DNA of 32,953 bases, from the IMG/VR virus record IMGVR_UViG_3300037506_000036, positions 1 to 32,953 of that record; one strand, 5' to 3'. Position numbers and translations under genes: made by a program. This DNA comes from a virus. Taxonomy: Duplodnaviria; Caudoviricetes. A model generated the notes under the pieces. That model was not told the DNA's origin and made no database searches. It saw nothing but the letters and a program-made list of their open reading frames with translations. Below are positions 1 to 8,665 of the stretch, in pieces (the stretch's first letter is position 1; the number at the start of each line of letters is the position of its first letter).

Positions 1-633
1 GACGAACACATCGCGCTCAAGCCCATCGCGGTCCTTCCGGGCACGGCCATCATCGTCGGCCTCGACTTCGGCCGGATGCCGGCGGCCTGCTTCTGCCAGT
101 GCGCGGGCGCGCAGTGGCGGGTGCTTTCGGAATTGATCGGTAGCGACGAAAGCGCGGAACTGTTCGCGCCGCGCGTGAAGCGGCACCTGGCCCAGATGTA
201 TCCCGGCCTTCCTGTGGAACTCTGGGGCGATCCCAGAGGAAAAGACGGCAACCAGAACGTTGAGGCCACAGCCTATGACATCTACCGGGCCAAAGGCATG
301 ATGGTGCTTGAGGCCAGCAGCGACAACAACCCGACCCTGCGACGCGCAGCCGTCGAGGCGGTGCTGAACCGGAGGAACGGACTGCTGGTCGATCCGAGCT
401 GCCGCATCCTGAAACAGGGCCTGGCCGGCAGCTACCACTTCCGCAAGATGCCGGGCGTCGGCGTCACCTCGCCCAAGCCGGTCAAGAACCTGTTCTCCCA
501 CATCGTCGAAGCCTTCGAGAACGCCATCCTCGGCGGCGGAGAGGGCGATACTATCATCACCCCCGCCAACCGGCCGAAGCAGGCGGCCCACGCCATCCAC
601 CGCCACCGCGCCCGACTCAGGAGCGCCGCATGA
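1..633 (+). CDS. terL: Terminase large subunit, C-terminal nuclease domain (5'-truncated)
   Basis: Frame is open from base 1 (DEHIALKPIAVLPGTAIIVGLDFGRMPAA). GLDFG RNase-H-like motif, WGDP, and C-terminal KN.FSHIVEAFEN; lies upstream of the portal. Confidence 0.9.
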   Translation, partial: DEHIALKPIAVLPGTAIIVGLDFGRMPAACFCQCAGAQWRVLSELIGSDESAELFAPRVKRHLAQMYPGLPVELWGDPRGKDGNQNVEATAYDIYRAKGMMVLEASSDNNPTLRRAAVEAVLNRRNGLLVDPSCRILKQGLAGSYHFRKMPGVGVTSPKPVKNLFSHIVEAFENAILGGGEGDTIITPANRPKQAAHAIHRHRARLRSAA

Positions 634-658
634 CCCTCGCCATGGGCGACCTGACGAA

Positions 659-1081
659 ATGATCGTCGAGTGGTTCTTCGGCTTCTATTCCCCGTGGCTG
701 CGGCGGGACGGCAAACTCTCCCTCCGCGGCATCTTCGGCCACTGCGACGCATGGGGCTTCACCGCCGAAGGAACGTGGCTGTTCCTCGACCCCCAGGGCG
801 AGGGAGTCCGCGTCCGCGTCGATCACCGGCACGACGAGGTGAAGGCCCATCTGGAAGCACGCTTCATCCTCTGCGACAGCATCCTCAGGCTCCCCGCCGT
901 CGAGCCGGTGTTCGCCTGCCCCCTGCACGGACCCATGACCTGCGCCTCGGTCTGCGGCGCGCTCGTCGGCATCCGTGCCTTGCTGCCCTGGACCCTCCGC
1001 CGCAAGTTGCTCGCCGCCGGAGCCGAGGTCATCCATGAAGCCGAAAGAAGACCCGGAAGACAGGAAGGCGCGCCTCCGTGA
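659..1081 (+). CDS. Hypothetical protein, possibly a permuted papain-like (NlpC/P60) fold
   Basis: 140 aa. His motif (FGHC) precedes Cys motif (MTCASVC) followed by PWTLRRKL; sits between terL and portal. Confidence 0.65.
   Translation: MIVEWFFGFYSPWLRRDGKLSLRGIFGHCDAWGFTAEGTWLFLDPQGEGVRVRVDHRHDEVKAHLEARFILCDSILRLPAVEPVFACPLHGPMTCASVCGALVGIRALLPWTLRRKLLAAGAEVIHEAERRPGRQEGAPP
975..1008 (+). promoter_or_regulatory. Putative late promoter, copy 1
   Basis: GTGCCTTGC at 975-983; TTGCTG-17bp-CAAGTT; upstream of the ATG at 1035 and the portal. Confidence 0.6.
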
Positions 1082-1244
1082 GCGCCGTCTGACCGACATC
1101 GAGCGGGCAAGAGCCCTCCAGGAGAACGCCGCCGACCTGACCTCCGAACTGCGCGCGATCTACGGCCTGCGCAAGAACATCCCCGCGACACCGGCCCAGC
1201 CTGCCATGCCCGCGCAAGGGCGGCGGCCGACCGCGCCCCGATGA
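1035..1244 (+). CDS. Small pre-portal virion protein (69 aa)
   Basis: GAGG SD before ATG 1035; charged helical sequence MKPKEDPEDRKARLRERR; ATGA overlap with the portal. Confidence 0.75.
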   Translation: MKPKEDPEDRKARLRERRLTDIERARALQENAADLTSELRAIYGLRKNIPATPAQPAMPAQGRRPTAPR

Positions 1245-2746
1245 ACACACCTTCCAAGGAATTCTCCACCCGCCTCGCGACCGCCAAGCAGTGGCGGCTC
1301 GCTGTGGAACAGGAAATCAAGGACGCGCTCATGTTCTGCGCGCCCGGAAGGGAGCGGGATTTCACCCGCAACGGCCACGCGACGAAGGAACCCGTCACCG
1401 AGAACTACTCCTCCATCGGCGAGCGCCTCACCATGGACGCCGCGGGCGACATCGTGACCTACTTCACGCCCGAAACGACGCGCTGGTACGAATACCAGGT
1501 CCTCGCGGAAGTGCCGCCGGAAGCCGAGGACGCCGTCCGTGAGGTCGTGCAGGACCGCGAGGACAAGCTCGCCGATCTGTTCGCCGCCTCCAACTACAAC
1601 GACATCGCCCCGCAATGGGGCACGGAAACCATCATCCACGGCACGCCGGCGCTCTGGTGTTCGGCCTCGCACCTCACCCAGCCGATCTACATGGAGGCGG
1701 TGCAGCCGCACGAACTCTACATCACCCCCGGCCACATGGGCGTCCTCGACCGCTTCCGCGAACAGCTGGTCATGGCAGAACTCCTGCCGGTCATCCTCAA
1801 GGACTACCCCGTCAACCTGACCGAGCCGTCGCTGGCGGCGAAGATCGCCAAGCCGGGCATCACGGTCCGCCTCATGTGGGGCTTCTGGATCGACTGGTCC
1901 GACCCCGGCAATCCGCAATGGCGCTGCGAAATCACCGTCGATGGCAAATCGGTGATGCGGCCGATCGTGCTTGGCCCCATGGCCGGCGCCTGCCCGCTTC
2001 TCGTCGGCCGCTTCAATCCCCGTCCGGGAAGGCCATGGGGCAGGGGCTCGGGCATCGTCGCCACCGCCGACTTCCGCGTCCACGACGCCCTCCGCAGGAT
2101 CGTCCTGGACGGCCTCGACCAGAGCCTACAGAATACCCTGATCTATGCCGACGACGGGATGATCGACTTATCCGAAGGCATCGTCCCGGGCCGCGCGCAT
2201 CCGGCCTCCAGAAGCTTCACCCGGGAACAGATTTACGAGCTGAACCGGCAGGTGAACGTCGAGCAGGGCTGGCTCACCGAAGACCGGCTTATCGACGAAC
2301 TGCGCGCGATTTTCTTCCAGGACGGCCCGCGGCAGAGAGGCGAAACGCCGCCGACCGCCGCACAATGGCTCGACGAGCGCCGCCGCGTCCAGCAACGCAT
2401 CGGCAAGCCCTCCGCCCCGTTGTGGACCGAACTTCTGGTCCCCCTGATCCAGCGCGTGGAATACCTCGGCGTGCAGCTCGGACGCCTGCCCGATGCGATC
2501 ACCCACGACGGCCAGACCATCGCCGTCATCCCGATCTCGCCCCTCCAGAAGGCGCAAAACCAGGACGACGTGATGACCACCCAGGCGAACCTCCAGATGT
2601 TCGCTTCCATGCTCGCCGACCAGACCGGGACCGTCATCAATTTCTTGGCGACCGGCAAGAACGTGGCCCGCGCCTCGGGCGACAAGCTCATCGTCTTCCA
2701 GGAGCAACAGGTGCAACCCGATGCCGCTGCCGCTCCGGCTCAGTGA
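1241..2746 (+). CDS. Portal (head-tail connector) protein
   Basis: 501 aa; GRPWGRG, PPTAAQW..E, ISPLQKAQ motifs typical of T7 gp8/BPP-1 Bbp21-type connectors; synteny. Confidence 0.9.
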   Translation: MNTPSKEFSTRLATAKQWRLAVEQEIKDALMFCAPGRERDFTRNGHATKEPVTENYSSIGERLTMDAAGDIVTYFTPETTRWYEYQVLAEVPPEAEDAVREVVQDREDKLADLFAASNYNDIAPQWGTETIIHGTPALWCSASHLTQPIYMEAVQPHELYITPGHMGVLDRFREQLVMAELLPVILKDYPVNLTEPSLAAKIAKPGITVRLMWGFWIDWSDPGNPQWRCEITVDGKSVMRPIVLGPMAGACPLLVGRFNPRPGRPWGRGSGIVATADFRVHDALRRIVLDGLDQSLQNTLIYADDGMIDLSEGIVPGRAHPASRSFTREQIYELNRQVNVEQGWLTEDRLIDELRAIFFQDGPRQRGETPPTAAQWLDERRRVQQRIGKPSAPLWTELLVPLIQRVEYLGVQLGRLPDAITHDGQTIAVIPISPLQKAQNQDDVMTTQANLQMFASMLADQTGTVINFLATGKNVARASGDKLIVFQEQQVQPDAAAAPAQ

Positions 2747-3056
2747 AGCCGGCCCGATCCTCGACTACCTCAGGGTGCTGTTCGCGACGGATCGCGATCT
2801 CTGCATCGCCACCGCCACCGCAGTCCAATCCGTCCTGTCCCAGACAGACGGACGTATCCTGCTGGATTTGCTGGAAAAATCCGTTCTGATGACGCAACTG
2901 CCCGTGCTTGCAGATGATCGTGCCTTGCTGGCCAGGAACGCCCAAGCCTTCATCCTCAGCGATCTCAGGAGGATCGCGAGTGATGAAATCGGGCGACTGG
3001 TCGAGCAGGCTGATGCGAGAAGCGCCGGGCGAGGGCGGCGGCGGAGTGTCGGCTGA
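2721..3056 (+). CDS. Bbp19-like small head protein
   Basis: 111 aa with ..DGRILLDLL..RNAQ..I..DLRRI pattern; GGAG SD; lies between portal and scaffold. Confidence 0.7.
   Translation: MPLPLRLSEAGPILDYLRVLFATDRDLCIATATAVQSVLSQTDGRILLDLLEKSVLMTQLPVLADDRALLARNAQAFILSDLRRIASDEIGRLVEQADARSAGRGRRRSVG
2920..2956 (+). promoter_or_regulatory. Putative late promoter, copy 2 (scaffold/capsid)
   Basis: GTGCCTTGC at 2920-2928 upstream of AGGAGG SD (2967-2972); -10 spacing fits less well than in the other copies. Confidence 0.5.
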
Positions 3057-3660
3057 TCCCCCGGCTGAGGGACCCGACCTGTCGTTCATTCCGGCCGAAT
3101 ACCACACGGACGGCAAGCCGGACCTCGCGAAGTTTTCCGCACACTACAGCGACATGGTGGCCGCCCAGGCGCAGGCCGCCGAAAAGGCCGCGCTGATCCC
3201 CGAGGACGGCAACTACGAGTATACCCTGCCGGAGGAATTCAAGATCAAGGGCTTCGACGGCTTCGCCTTCGACCCCGCCGATCCCCTGGTCCCGGAACTC
3301 TCGGCCTTCCTCAAGTCGATGGGCGCACCCAAGGAGGCCGGATCACAGGTCGCCCAGCTTCTCGCGAAATACGAGGCGTCCCGCGAGGCCAAGGACTTGG
3401 CGAAGTGGTCGGAGGACATGAAGACCCTCGGCACCGAAACGCAGGTCAGGGCCCGCTTCGATGCCGTGAAGCGGAAGCTGGAAGGTCTCCTGCCCGCCGA
3501 TCAGGCCGCCGCGCTCGTGCGGCAGGGCACCACCTCGGCCGCCGCGGTCAAGGCGCTGGAGCGGCTGGTAACGGCGCCCGGCTTCTCGCCGCCGAACTCT
3601 CTGCCGCCGAAGCCCACCGCCTCAGACCTCGAAATCTACTACGCAACGCCATCGCGCTAA
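2983..3660 (+). CDS. Capsid scaffolding protein
   Basis: AGGAGG SD; start GTG 2980 or ATG 2983; acidic, helical, Gly/Pro-rich N-terminus; directly upstream of the major capsid gene. Confidence 0.8.
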   Translation: MKSGDWSSRLMREAPGEGGGGVSADPPAEGPDLSFIPAEYHTDGKPDLAKFSAHYSDMVAAQAQAAEKAALIPEDGNYEYTLPEEFKIKGFDGFAFDPADPLVPELSAFLKSMGAPKEAGSQVAQLLAKYEASREAKDLAKWSEDMKTLGTETQVRARFDAVKRKLEGLLPADQAAALVRQGTTSAAAVKALERLVTAPGFSPPNSLPPKPTASDLEIYYATPSR

Positions 3661-3672
3661 GGGAGCATTGAC

Positions 3673-4707
3673 ATGGCGACTCTGACTCAGTCCACGATGT
3701 CGCTCATCGACATGTTCAAGAATGTCGATGGGAAAGGCCGCCTCATCAACGTGATCGAGGTGCTGAACAACACGTCGCAGGGCCTCTTGGACGACTGGGT
3801 GTGGATGGAGTGCAACTCCGGCACCAAGCACACCCGCTCGATCCGCACCGGCCTTCCGTCGGTCTCCTGGGGCGCGCTCTACGAGGGCATTCCGCAGTCG
3901 AAATCGACCAAGCAGCAGGTGGATGACACCACCGGCTTCGTCGAGGCCACCTCGCCCGTCGATAAGCGGCAGCTCAAGCACTACGGCGAGAACGCCGTTG
4001 CACTGCGCCAGTCCGAAGCGGTGGCCTTCTTGGAATCCATGTCGCAGGAACTGATGACGGCGATGTTCTACCACAACCCCGCCACCAACCCGCGATATCC
4101 CAAGGGCCTGGGTGCGCGGTTCGGCGTCCTTGCCGCCTCGGGTGCTGGCAACCAGATCATCGACGCCGGCGGCTCCGGGTCGGACAACACCTCCGTCTGG
4201 TTCGTCGATCACAGCTACGACGGCCTTTCGGTCATCTTCCCGACGGGAACCGTGGGCGGCATCGAGCGCGAGAACATGGGCCCGCAGCGCGCCACCGACG
4301 CCTTGGGCAATCCGTACTACATCGAGGAGGAGGTGTTCCGCGCCACCGTCGGCTTCTCGGTCGGCGACTGGCGGCGCATCGTCCGCGTCGCAAACGTGGA
4401 CGTGTCCGACTTGCAGGCCGGCACCGTCGATATGTTCGGCCTGCTCCGCAAGGCGTGGTACAAGTGGCATATCCGCCGCATCGCCAAGGTTCACGATCAG
4501 ACCAACCCCGGCCGCGGCTGCATCTACTGCAACCGCGACGTGCTGGAGGCGCTGGACCGCGCCGCGTCGAACGGCCGCGGCCCCGCGAACGACAACTTCA
4601 CGCGCCTGACCTGGGGCGAAGTGGAGGGTCGGGAAGTCCTGACCTACCGTGGCATCCCGATCCGCGAGACGGACGCCATCCTGAACACCGAAGCGCGCAT
4701 CGTGTAA
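3673..4707 (+). CDS. Major capsid protein (BPP-1 Bbp17-like)
   Basis: 344 aa; MECN.G..H...IRTGLP, DWR.IVRVAN.D and YRGIPIRETDAILNTEARIV signatures; strong codon bias. Confidence 0.93.
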   Translation: MATLTQSTMSLIDMFKNVDGKGRLINVIEVLNNTSQGLLDDWVWMECNSGTKHTRSIRTGLPSVSWGALYEGIPQSKSTKQQVDDTTGFVEATSPVDKRQLKHYGENAVALRQSEAVAFLESMSQELMTAMFYHNPATNPRYPKGLGARFGVLAASGAGNQIIDAGGSGSDNTSVWFVDHSYDGLSVIFPTGTVGGIERENMGPQRATDALGNPYYIEEEVFRATVGFSVGDWRRIVRVANVDVSDLQAGTVDMFGLLRKAWYKWHIRRIAKVHDQTNPGRGCIYCNRDVLEALDRAASNGRGPANDNFTRLTWGEVEGREVLTYRGIPIRETDAILNTEARIV

Positions 4708-4722
4708 GGGGGGGGCGCAACA

Positions 4723-5154
4723 ATGATCCTCAACAAGAACCTGATTTTCTCCGAGATGCAGGCGATCACCGGCACGGCGATCTCCCAGAACGTGATCCAG
4801 TGGTCCCCCAACGGAACGGTGCCGTACGAGGCGGCGCCGATCTCCCGCAACCTTGGCGAAGGCACGCCGATTCCGGTCATGATGCTGGTCAACGAGACGT
4901 TCAACACGCTGACTTCGCTGACGATCACCCTGGAAACGGCGGACAACGCCGCCCTGTCCTCGGGCGCGGTCGTGCTGGCCACCTCGGGCGCCATCCTCCA
5001 GGCGTCGCTGGTTTTCGGGTACCGGCCGCTGTTCATCCGGTCGCTGCCCATCGCGACGCTCAAGCAGTACCTCGGGATGCGCTACACCGTCGCCGGATCG
5101 AACCCGTCCACCGGCAAGATCACCGCGGTCCTCGGCACCGAAATTCAGACGTGA
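4723..5154 (+). CDS. Capsid cement/decoration protein (Bbp16-like)
   Basis: MIL.K.LIFSE.QAIT..A.S.NVI ... QYLGMRYTV.G...TGKITA signature; follows the capsid gene. Confidence 0.85.
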   Translation: MILNKNLIFSEMQAITGTAISQNVIQWSPNGTVPYEAAPISRNLGEGTPIPVMMLVNETFNTLTSLTITLETADNAALSSGAVVLATSGAILQASLVFGYRPLFIRSLPIATLKQYLGMRYTVAGSNPSTGKITAVLGTEIQT

Positions 5155-5162
5155 GGCCAGTG

Positions 5163-5402
5163 ATGTCGGAAGAGACGACCACACAAGACAACCTCCCCGT
5201 TCCGGACCCGGACGCGCCCCCCGTCGTCGTGCCGCAGGTATGGGTGTCGATCACCGCAACGGGCTCGTTTGGCGCCGAAGGGCTCTCGCGCCCGGGCGAC
5301 AGGAAGCTGATCGACATCGATCGTTTCTCGCCGACGTGGATGAAGCCCCTGACCCCGGCCGACCGGAAGAAGCTCAAGGCAGCCGGCAAGATCGACGCCT
5401 GA
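5163..5402 (+). CDS. Hypothetical protein (79 aa)
   Basis: GAGG SD; C-terminal part of track ORF 4455-5402 (MSEETTTQD...FSPTWMKPL); followed by a hairpin. Confidence 0.7.
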   Translation: MSEETTTQDNLPVPDPDAPPVVVPQVWVSITATGSFGAEGLSRPGDRKLIDIDRFSPTWMKPLTPADRKKLKAAGKIDA

Positions 5403-5424
5403 TACTCCCTGTGGTGGCGTCCCC

Positions 5425-5452
5425 GGGCCGGGCAGGGAAACTTGCCCGGCCC
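5425..5452 (+). terminator. Strong GNRA hairpin, terminator or mRNA stabiliser after the capsid genes
   Basis: GGGCCGGGCAGG-GAAA-CTTGCCCGGCCC, 12-bp stem; no U-tract. Confidence 0.6.
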
Positions 5453-5465
5453 ACCCATGTCTACT

Positions 5466-5499
5466 GTGCCTTGCCCGCCTGACGGGCCGCGCGGATGGT
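5466..5499 (+). promoter_or_regulatory. Putative late promoter, copy 3 (leaderless)
   Basis: GTGCCTTGCCC-17bp-GATGGT-7bp-ATG(5507). Confidence 0.65.
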
Positions 5500-5506
5500 G
5501 GCCGCC

Positions 5507-6097
5507 ATGTCCACACAGTTCTCCATGCTCGGGCTGATGAACGCGGCATTGATCGCGCAGGGCTACGACGACATCGTGTCGGAGAACGACGGCTCGGACG
5601 AATGGCGGCTCCTGTCCCGCAAGTGGCCGCTGGTGGTCGAGCCTGAGATGGAGGCCGGGCTCTACAGCTTCACGAAGCAGCAGACGTTCCTCGCAACGCA
5701 GATCACCGGCAAGTTCGGCTTCGACTACGGCTATCTCGTCCCTTCCGCCGCGCTGCATGTGCGCAGGCTGTGGATCGAAGACGGGGAATCGCGGTGGTCG
5801 CCGGACTGGGTGCAGGACGGCCTCCATGTCCACACCGACGAGGAAGCTGGCGTCTGGATCGAGTATCTGGAGAGCGCCGATCCGAGCCTGTGGACGGCCA
5901 GCTTCTCGGCCGGGGTGCAGATGAAGCTGGAGGCCGTGCTTCTGCGCTTCCGCGAGGCGTACAGCGAGGCCCGCGAGATGGAAGGGCAGGCCGAGGCGAT
6001 GTTCCAGCAGGCCCGCACGATCTCGTCGAAGTCGAGGACGCCGCAAGCACCGTACCAGCGCGGGCAACTGTCGCGGGCGCGGTTCTCCCATGGGTAG
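5507..6097 (+). CDS. Tail tubular protein A (adaptor)
   Basis: MNAAL..G...I, F.YGYLVPS..L, W..SF...V..KL..; ~196 aa; synteny (T7 gp11-like). Confidence 0.85.
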   Translation: MSTQFSMLGLMNAALIAQGYDDIVSENDGSDEWRLLSRKWPLVVEPEMEAGLYSFTKQQTFLATQITGKFGFDYGYLVPSAALHVRRLWIEDGESRWSPDWVQDGLHVHTDEEAGVWIEYLESADPSLWTASFSAGVQMKLEAVLLRFREAYSEAREMEGQAEAMFQQARTISSKSRTPQAPYQRGQLSRARFSHG

Positions 6098-8201
6098 CCG
6101 GACGGTCACGCAGCGGTCGTTCCTGCGGGGCGAGGCGCGGCCGGAGTTCCTTGAGGCTGACGACCTGGAAATCCGGGCGGCGTCGCTCCGAACGGGCCGG
6201 AACATCCGCATCGAGGCGCCGCGCACCTTCGGCCCCAAGCTCGGCAGCCGCTACATGGCCGAGTTCGCGGGCGCGCTCGATGTGGTCGAAATCCGGCCCG
6301 ACAGCGCCAACATCTTCTTGCTGTGCTACGGCGCCGACTTCCTCAAGGTGCTGAGCGTGGACGGCCTGGCGGCGTGGAGCGCGCCGTCGGTGCCATGGCC
6401 GACGACGATCAGCGCGGCCGACGTGTGGATAGAGCCCTACCGCGAGCGCATCATCATCGGCGGCTTCTGGGGCCTCTACGAGCTGGTGTTCGATACCATG
6501 TCGTGGACGTTCCAGGCGATCACCTGGGACACGGCACCCGGGAACGAGGTGGCGCAGGCGTACTGGTCATTCAATCCCGGAACCACGCTGACGCCCTCGG
6601 CGCTGACGGGAAGCGTCAACCTGACATGCTCGGATGCGATCTTCTCGGCGTCGTGGGTCGGGCTCCGCCTGCGCTACAATCGCCGCTCCGTCCTCATCAC
6701 CGGCTTTACCTCGCCCACCGTCCTTGTCGGGACCGTGGACGGCGACCTGCCCCCGTCCTACCGGCTGACGGTCGGCTCGGTGACGGGCTTCAAGGTCGGC
6801 GACATCGTGGTCGGCGATACCACGGGATTCGAGGCGATCATCTCGGCCGTGGGCGTGGGCACCCTTGAGGTCGCCACGCTGACCTTCTTCGACGGGCCGG
6901 ACACAGGCGAGAAGATTTCGTCGGCCAACAACACCACGACGGTTTCGGGCAAGGCGGGCATCTCGCCAGTGGCCTCGGAAATCTGGGACGAGCAACTGAT
7001 CTCCGACCAGCGGGGCTATCCGCGGGCCGGTCAGTCCGCGGGGGGCAGGCTGTTCCTCTGCGACTTCCCCGAGGTTCCCGATCTGGTGGCCTGCTCGTCC
7101 TCAAGGTCGATCACCGACTTCAAGGTCGGCGCGGATGACGACGACGCGATTGCCCAGCAGGTCGGCGACAACGTGCCCCGGTTCCGGCACGCGGTGAACG
7201 CGGGCGACCTGTTGCTGCTGTCCGACAAGGGCATCTACTACGTGGAGGTCTCGGCGGCCCGTCCGATCACGCCCTCCAACTTCGTGCCGCTGCTGTTCGA
7301 CAGCAGGGCCGCGAACGCGGTCAGGCCGGCCAAGATCGACGACGGCGTGGTCTTCGTGGAAGGGTCGGGTACGGCGGTCGCGGTGGCGCGGCTGGAGGGG
7401 AACATCTATAAGAAGTGGAAGGTCAACACGATCTCCACGCTCTACGCGCATCTGATCGTCACCCCCACCCGGCTGTGCGGCCCCTCGGACTATGGTGAGG
7501 CGCCGGAGAAATACCTGTTCGTCGTCAACTCGGACGGGACCATGGCAGCGATGTCGTGGTTCGCGGACTTCGACCCGGATTCGGTTGCCTTCGTGCTGTG
7601 GGAGACCGAGGGCAGCTACCTCAGCATGATTTCGGCCTTCGGCTCGTACCTGGCGATCTGCGAGCGCACCTTCAAGAACGCGGCGGGCGCCGATGAGACC
7701 ACCCGCACGCTGGAGGCGATGGACGCGAACGCATTCCTCGACTGCGAGGTGGGTGTCGCGGACGCGGCGCGCTTCCGGCTGATGAAGGTCGCCTGCTACG
7801 ACGGCGACAACGACTGCGGCGATGTCACGCCGGCGGTGGACGGGACAATTGCCGGGGCCGTGCCCGCCACAGCGAAGGTCGGCTTCAACTTCACCTCCAG
7901 GGCCATGTTCTGGCCGGTGGAGATGGTCGAGGCGCCCTACCATGGCATGAAGCGCACCCGCGTCGTGCGGGGGTCGGTTTCGGTGCAGGACACGGTGTCC
8001 TTCAAGGTGCGCTGCAACAACACGACCAAGACCTACGGCGGCTATCGCTTCGGCGATGACCTGTCGGAACCGCCCCCCAGGCGAACCTTCGTGGCGAAGT
8101 TCAGCGTCGTCGGCGTGCGGGATCACCCGGAAATCGAGTTCATCCGCGACCGGCCGGGTCCGTTCCGCGTGCTGGCCCAGACGCAGGAGGTCACGTACTG
8201 A
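6090..8201 (+). CDS. Tail tubular protein B (nozzle)
   Basis: 703 aa; N-terminal QRSF..GE..P motif, GYPR....GRLF, beta-propeller-like composition (T7 gp12-like). Confidence 0.88.
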   Translation: MGSRTVTQRSFLRGEARPEFLEADDLEIRAASLRTGRNIRIEAPRTFGPKLGSRYMAEFAGALDVVEIRPDSANIFLLCYGADFLKVLSVDGLAAWSAPSVPWPTTISAADVWIEPYRERIIIGGFWGLYELVFDTMSWTFQAITWDTAPGNEVAQAYWSFNPGTTLTPSALTGSVNLTCSDAIFSASWVGLRLRYNRRSVLITGFTSPTVLVGTVDGDLPPSYRLTVGSVTGFKVGDIVVGDTTGFEAIISAVGVGTLEVATLTFFDGPDTGEKISSANNTTTVSGKAGISPVASEIWDEQLISDQRGYPRAGQSAGGRLFLCDFPEVPDLVACSSSRSITDFKVGADDDDAIAQQVGDNVPRFRHAVNAGDLLLLSDKGIYYVEVSAARPITPSNFVPLLFDSRAANAVRPAKIDDGVVFVEGSGTAVAVARLEGNIYKKWKVNTISTLYAHLIVTPTRLCGPSDYGEAPEKYLFVVNSDGTMAAMSWFADFDPDSVAFVLWETEGSYLSMISAFGSYLAICERTFKNAAGADETTRTLEAMDANAFLDCEVGVADAARFRLMKVACYDGDNDCGDVTPAVDGTIAGAVPATAKVGFNFTSRAMFWPVEMVEAPYHGMKRTRVVRGSVSVQDTVSFKVRCNNTTKTYGGYRFGDDLSEPPPRRTFVAKFSVVGVRDHPEIEFIRDRPGPFRVLAQTQEVTY

Positions 8202-8665
8202 TGCAAGCGCTGATTGCTCCCCTCGCCGCTGCGTCGGCGGCCACGGCTCTCGGCTCCCTTGCCACAGGGGTCGGCGCGCTCAACGGCATCGCCTCGGGCG
8301 TCGCAGGCTATGCCACGGCCAAGGCCGAAAAGCAGATGGCCAAGGCGAACGCCTATATCGGCGTCACCCGGGCCAGACAGACCGATGTTGCGGCCCGGCA
8401 GAGCCTCGACGCCGAGATGGCGGCGATCAAGACCGCCTATGCCGCGTCGGGCCAGAGGCTCGGCGTGGGTTCGGGCGACCTCCTGCGCGACCTCCGCCGC
8501 GACGCCGAGAGAGAGCGCCGGATCGGCGTCGGCGCGGAGATGCAGCGCGCCCGGGACTTCAAGACCACCGCGGCGGCGATCAAGCCCGGCCTGTCGCTCG
8601 TCGGGGGTATCGGCGCCGCGGCCGGGCCCCTCTATGACCTCTACCAGATCAAGAAGAGGGGCTGA
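8201..8665 (+). CDS. Internal virion (ejection) protein, T7 gp14-like
   Basis: 154 aa, Ala/Gly-rich, AYAASG....GS motif; synteny. Confidence 0.75.
   Translation: MQALIAPLAAASAATALGSLATGVGALNGIASGVAGYATAKAEKQMAKANAYIGVTRARQTDVAARQSLDAEMAAIKTAYAASGQRLGVGSGDLLRDLRRDAERERRIGVGAEMQRARDFKTTAAAIKPGLSLVGGIGAAAGPLYDLYQIKKRG

Noticed and set aside
1615-2889. Long same-strand alternative-frame ORFs (also 8214-9698)
   Set aside because: Arg/Pro-rich off-frame composition with no motifs, unlike the MTase beta frame.
3622-5184. 520-aa minus-strand ORF (and similar ORFs at 13031-14452, 11082-12155, 7101-8126)
   Set aside because: Antisense shadows of well-supported high-GC genes, with no motifs.
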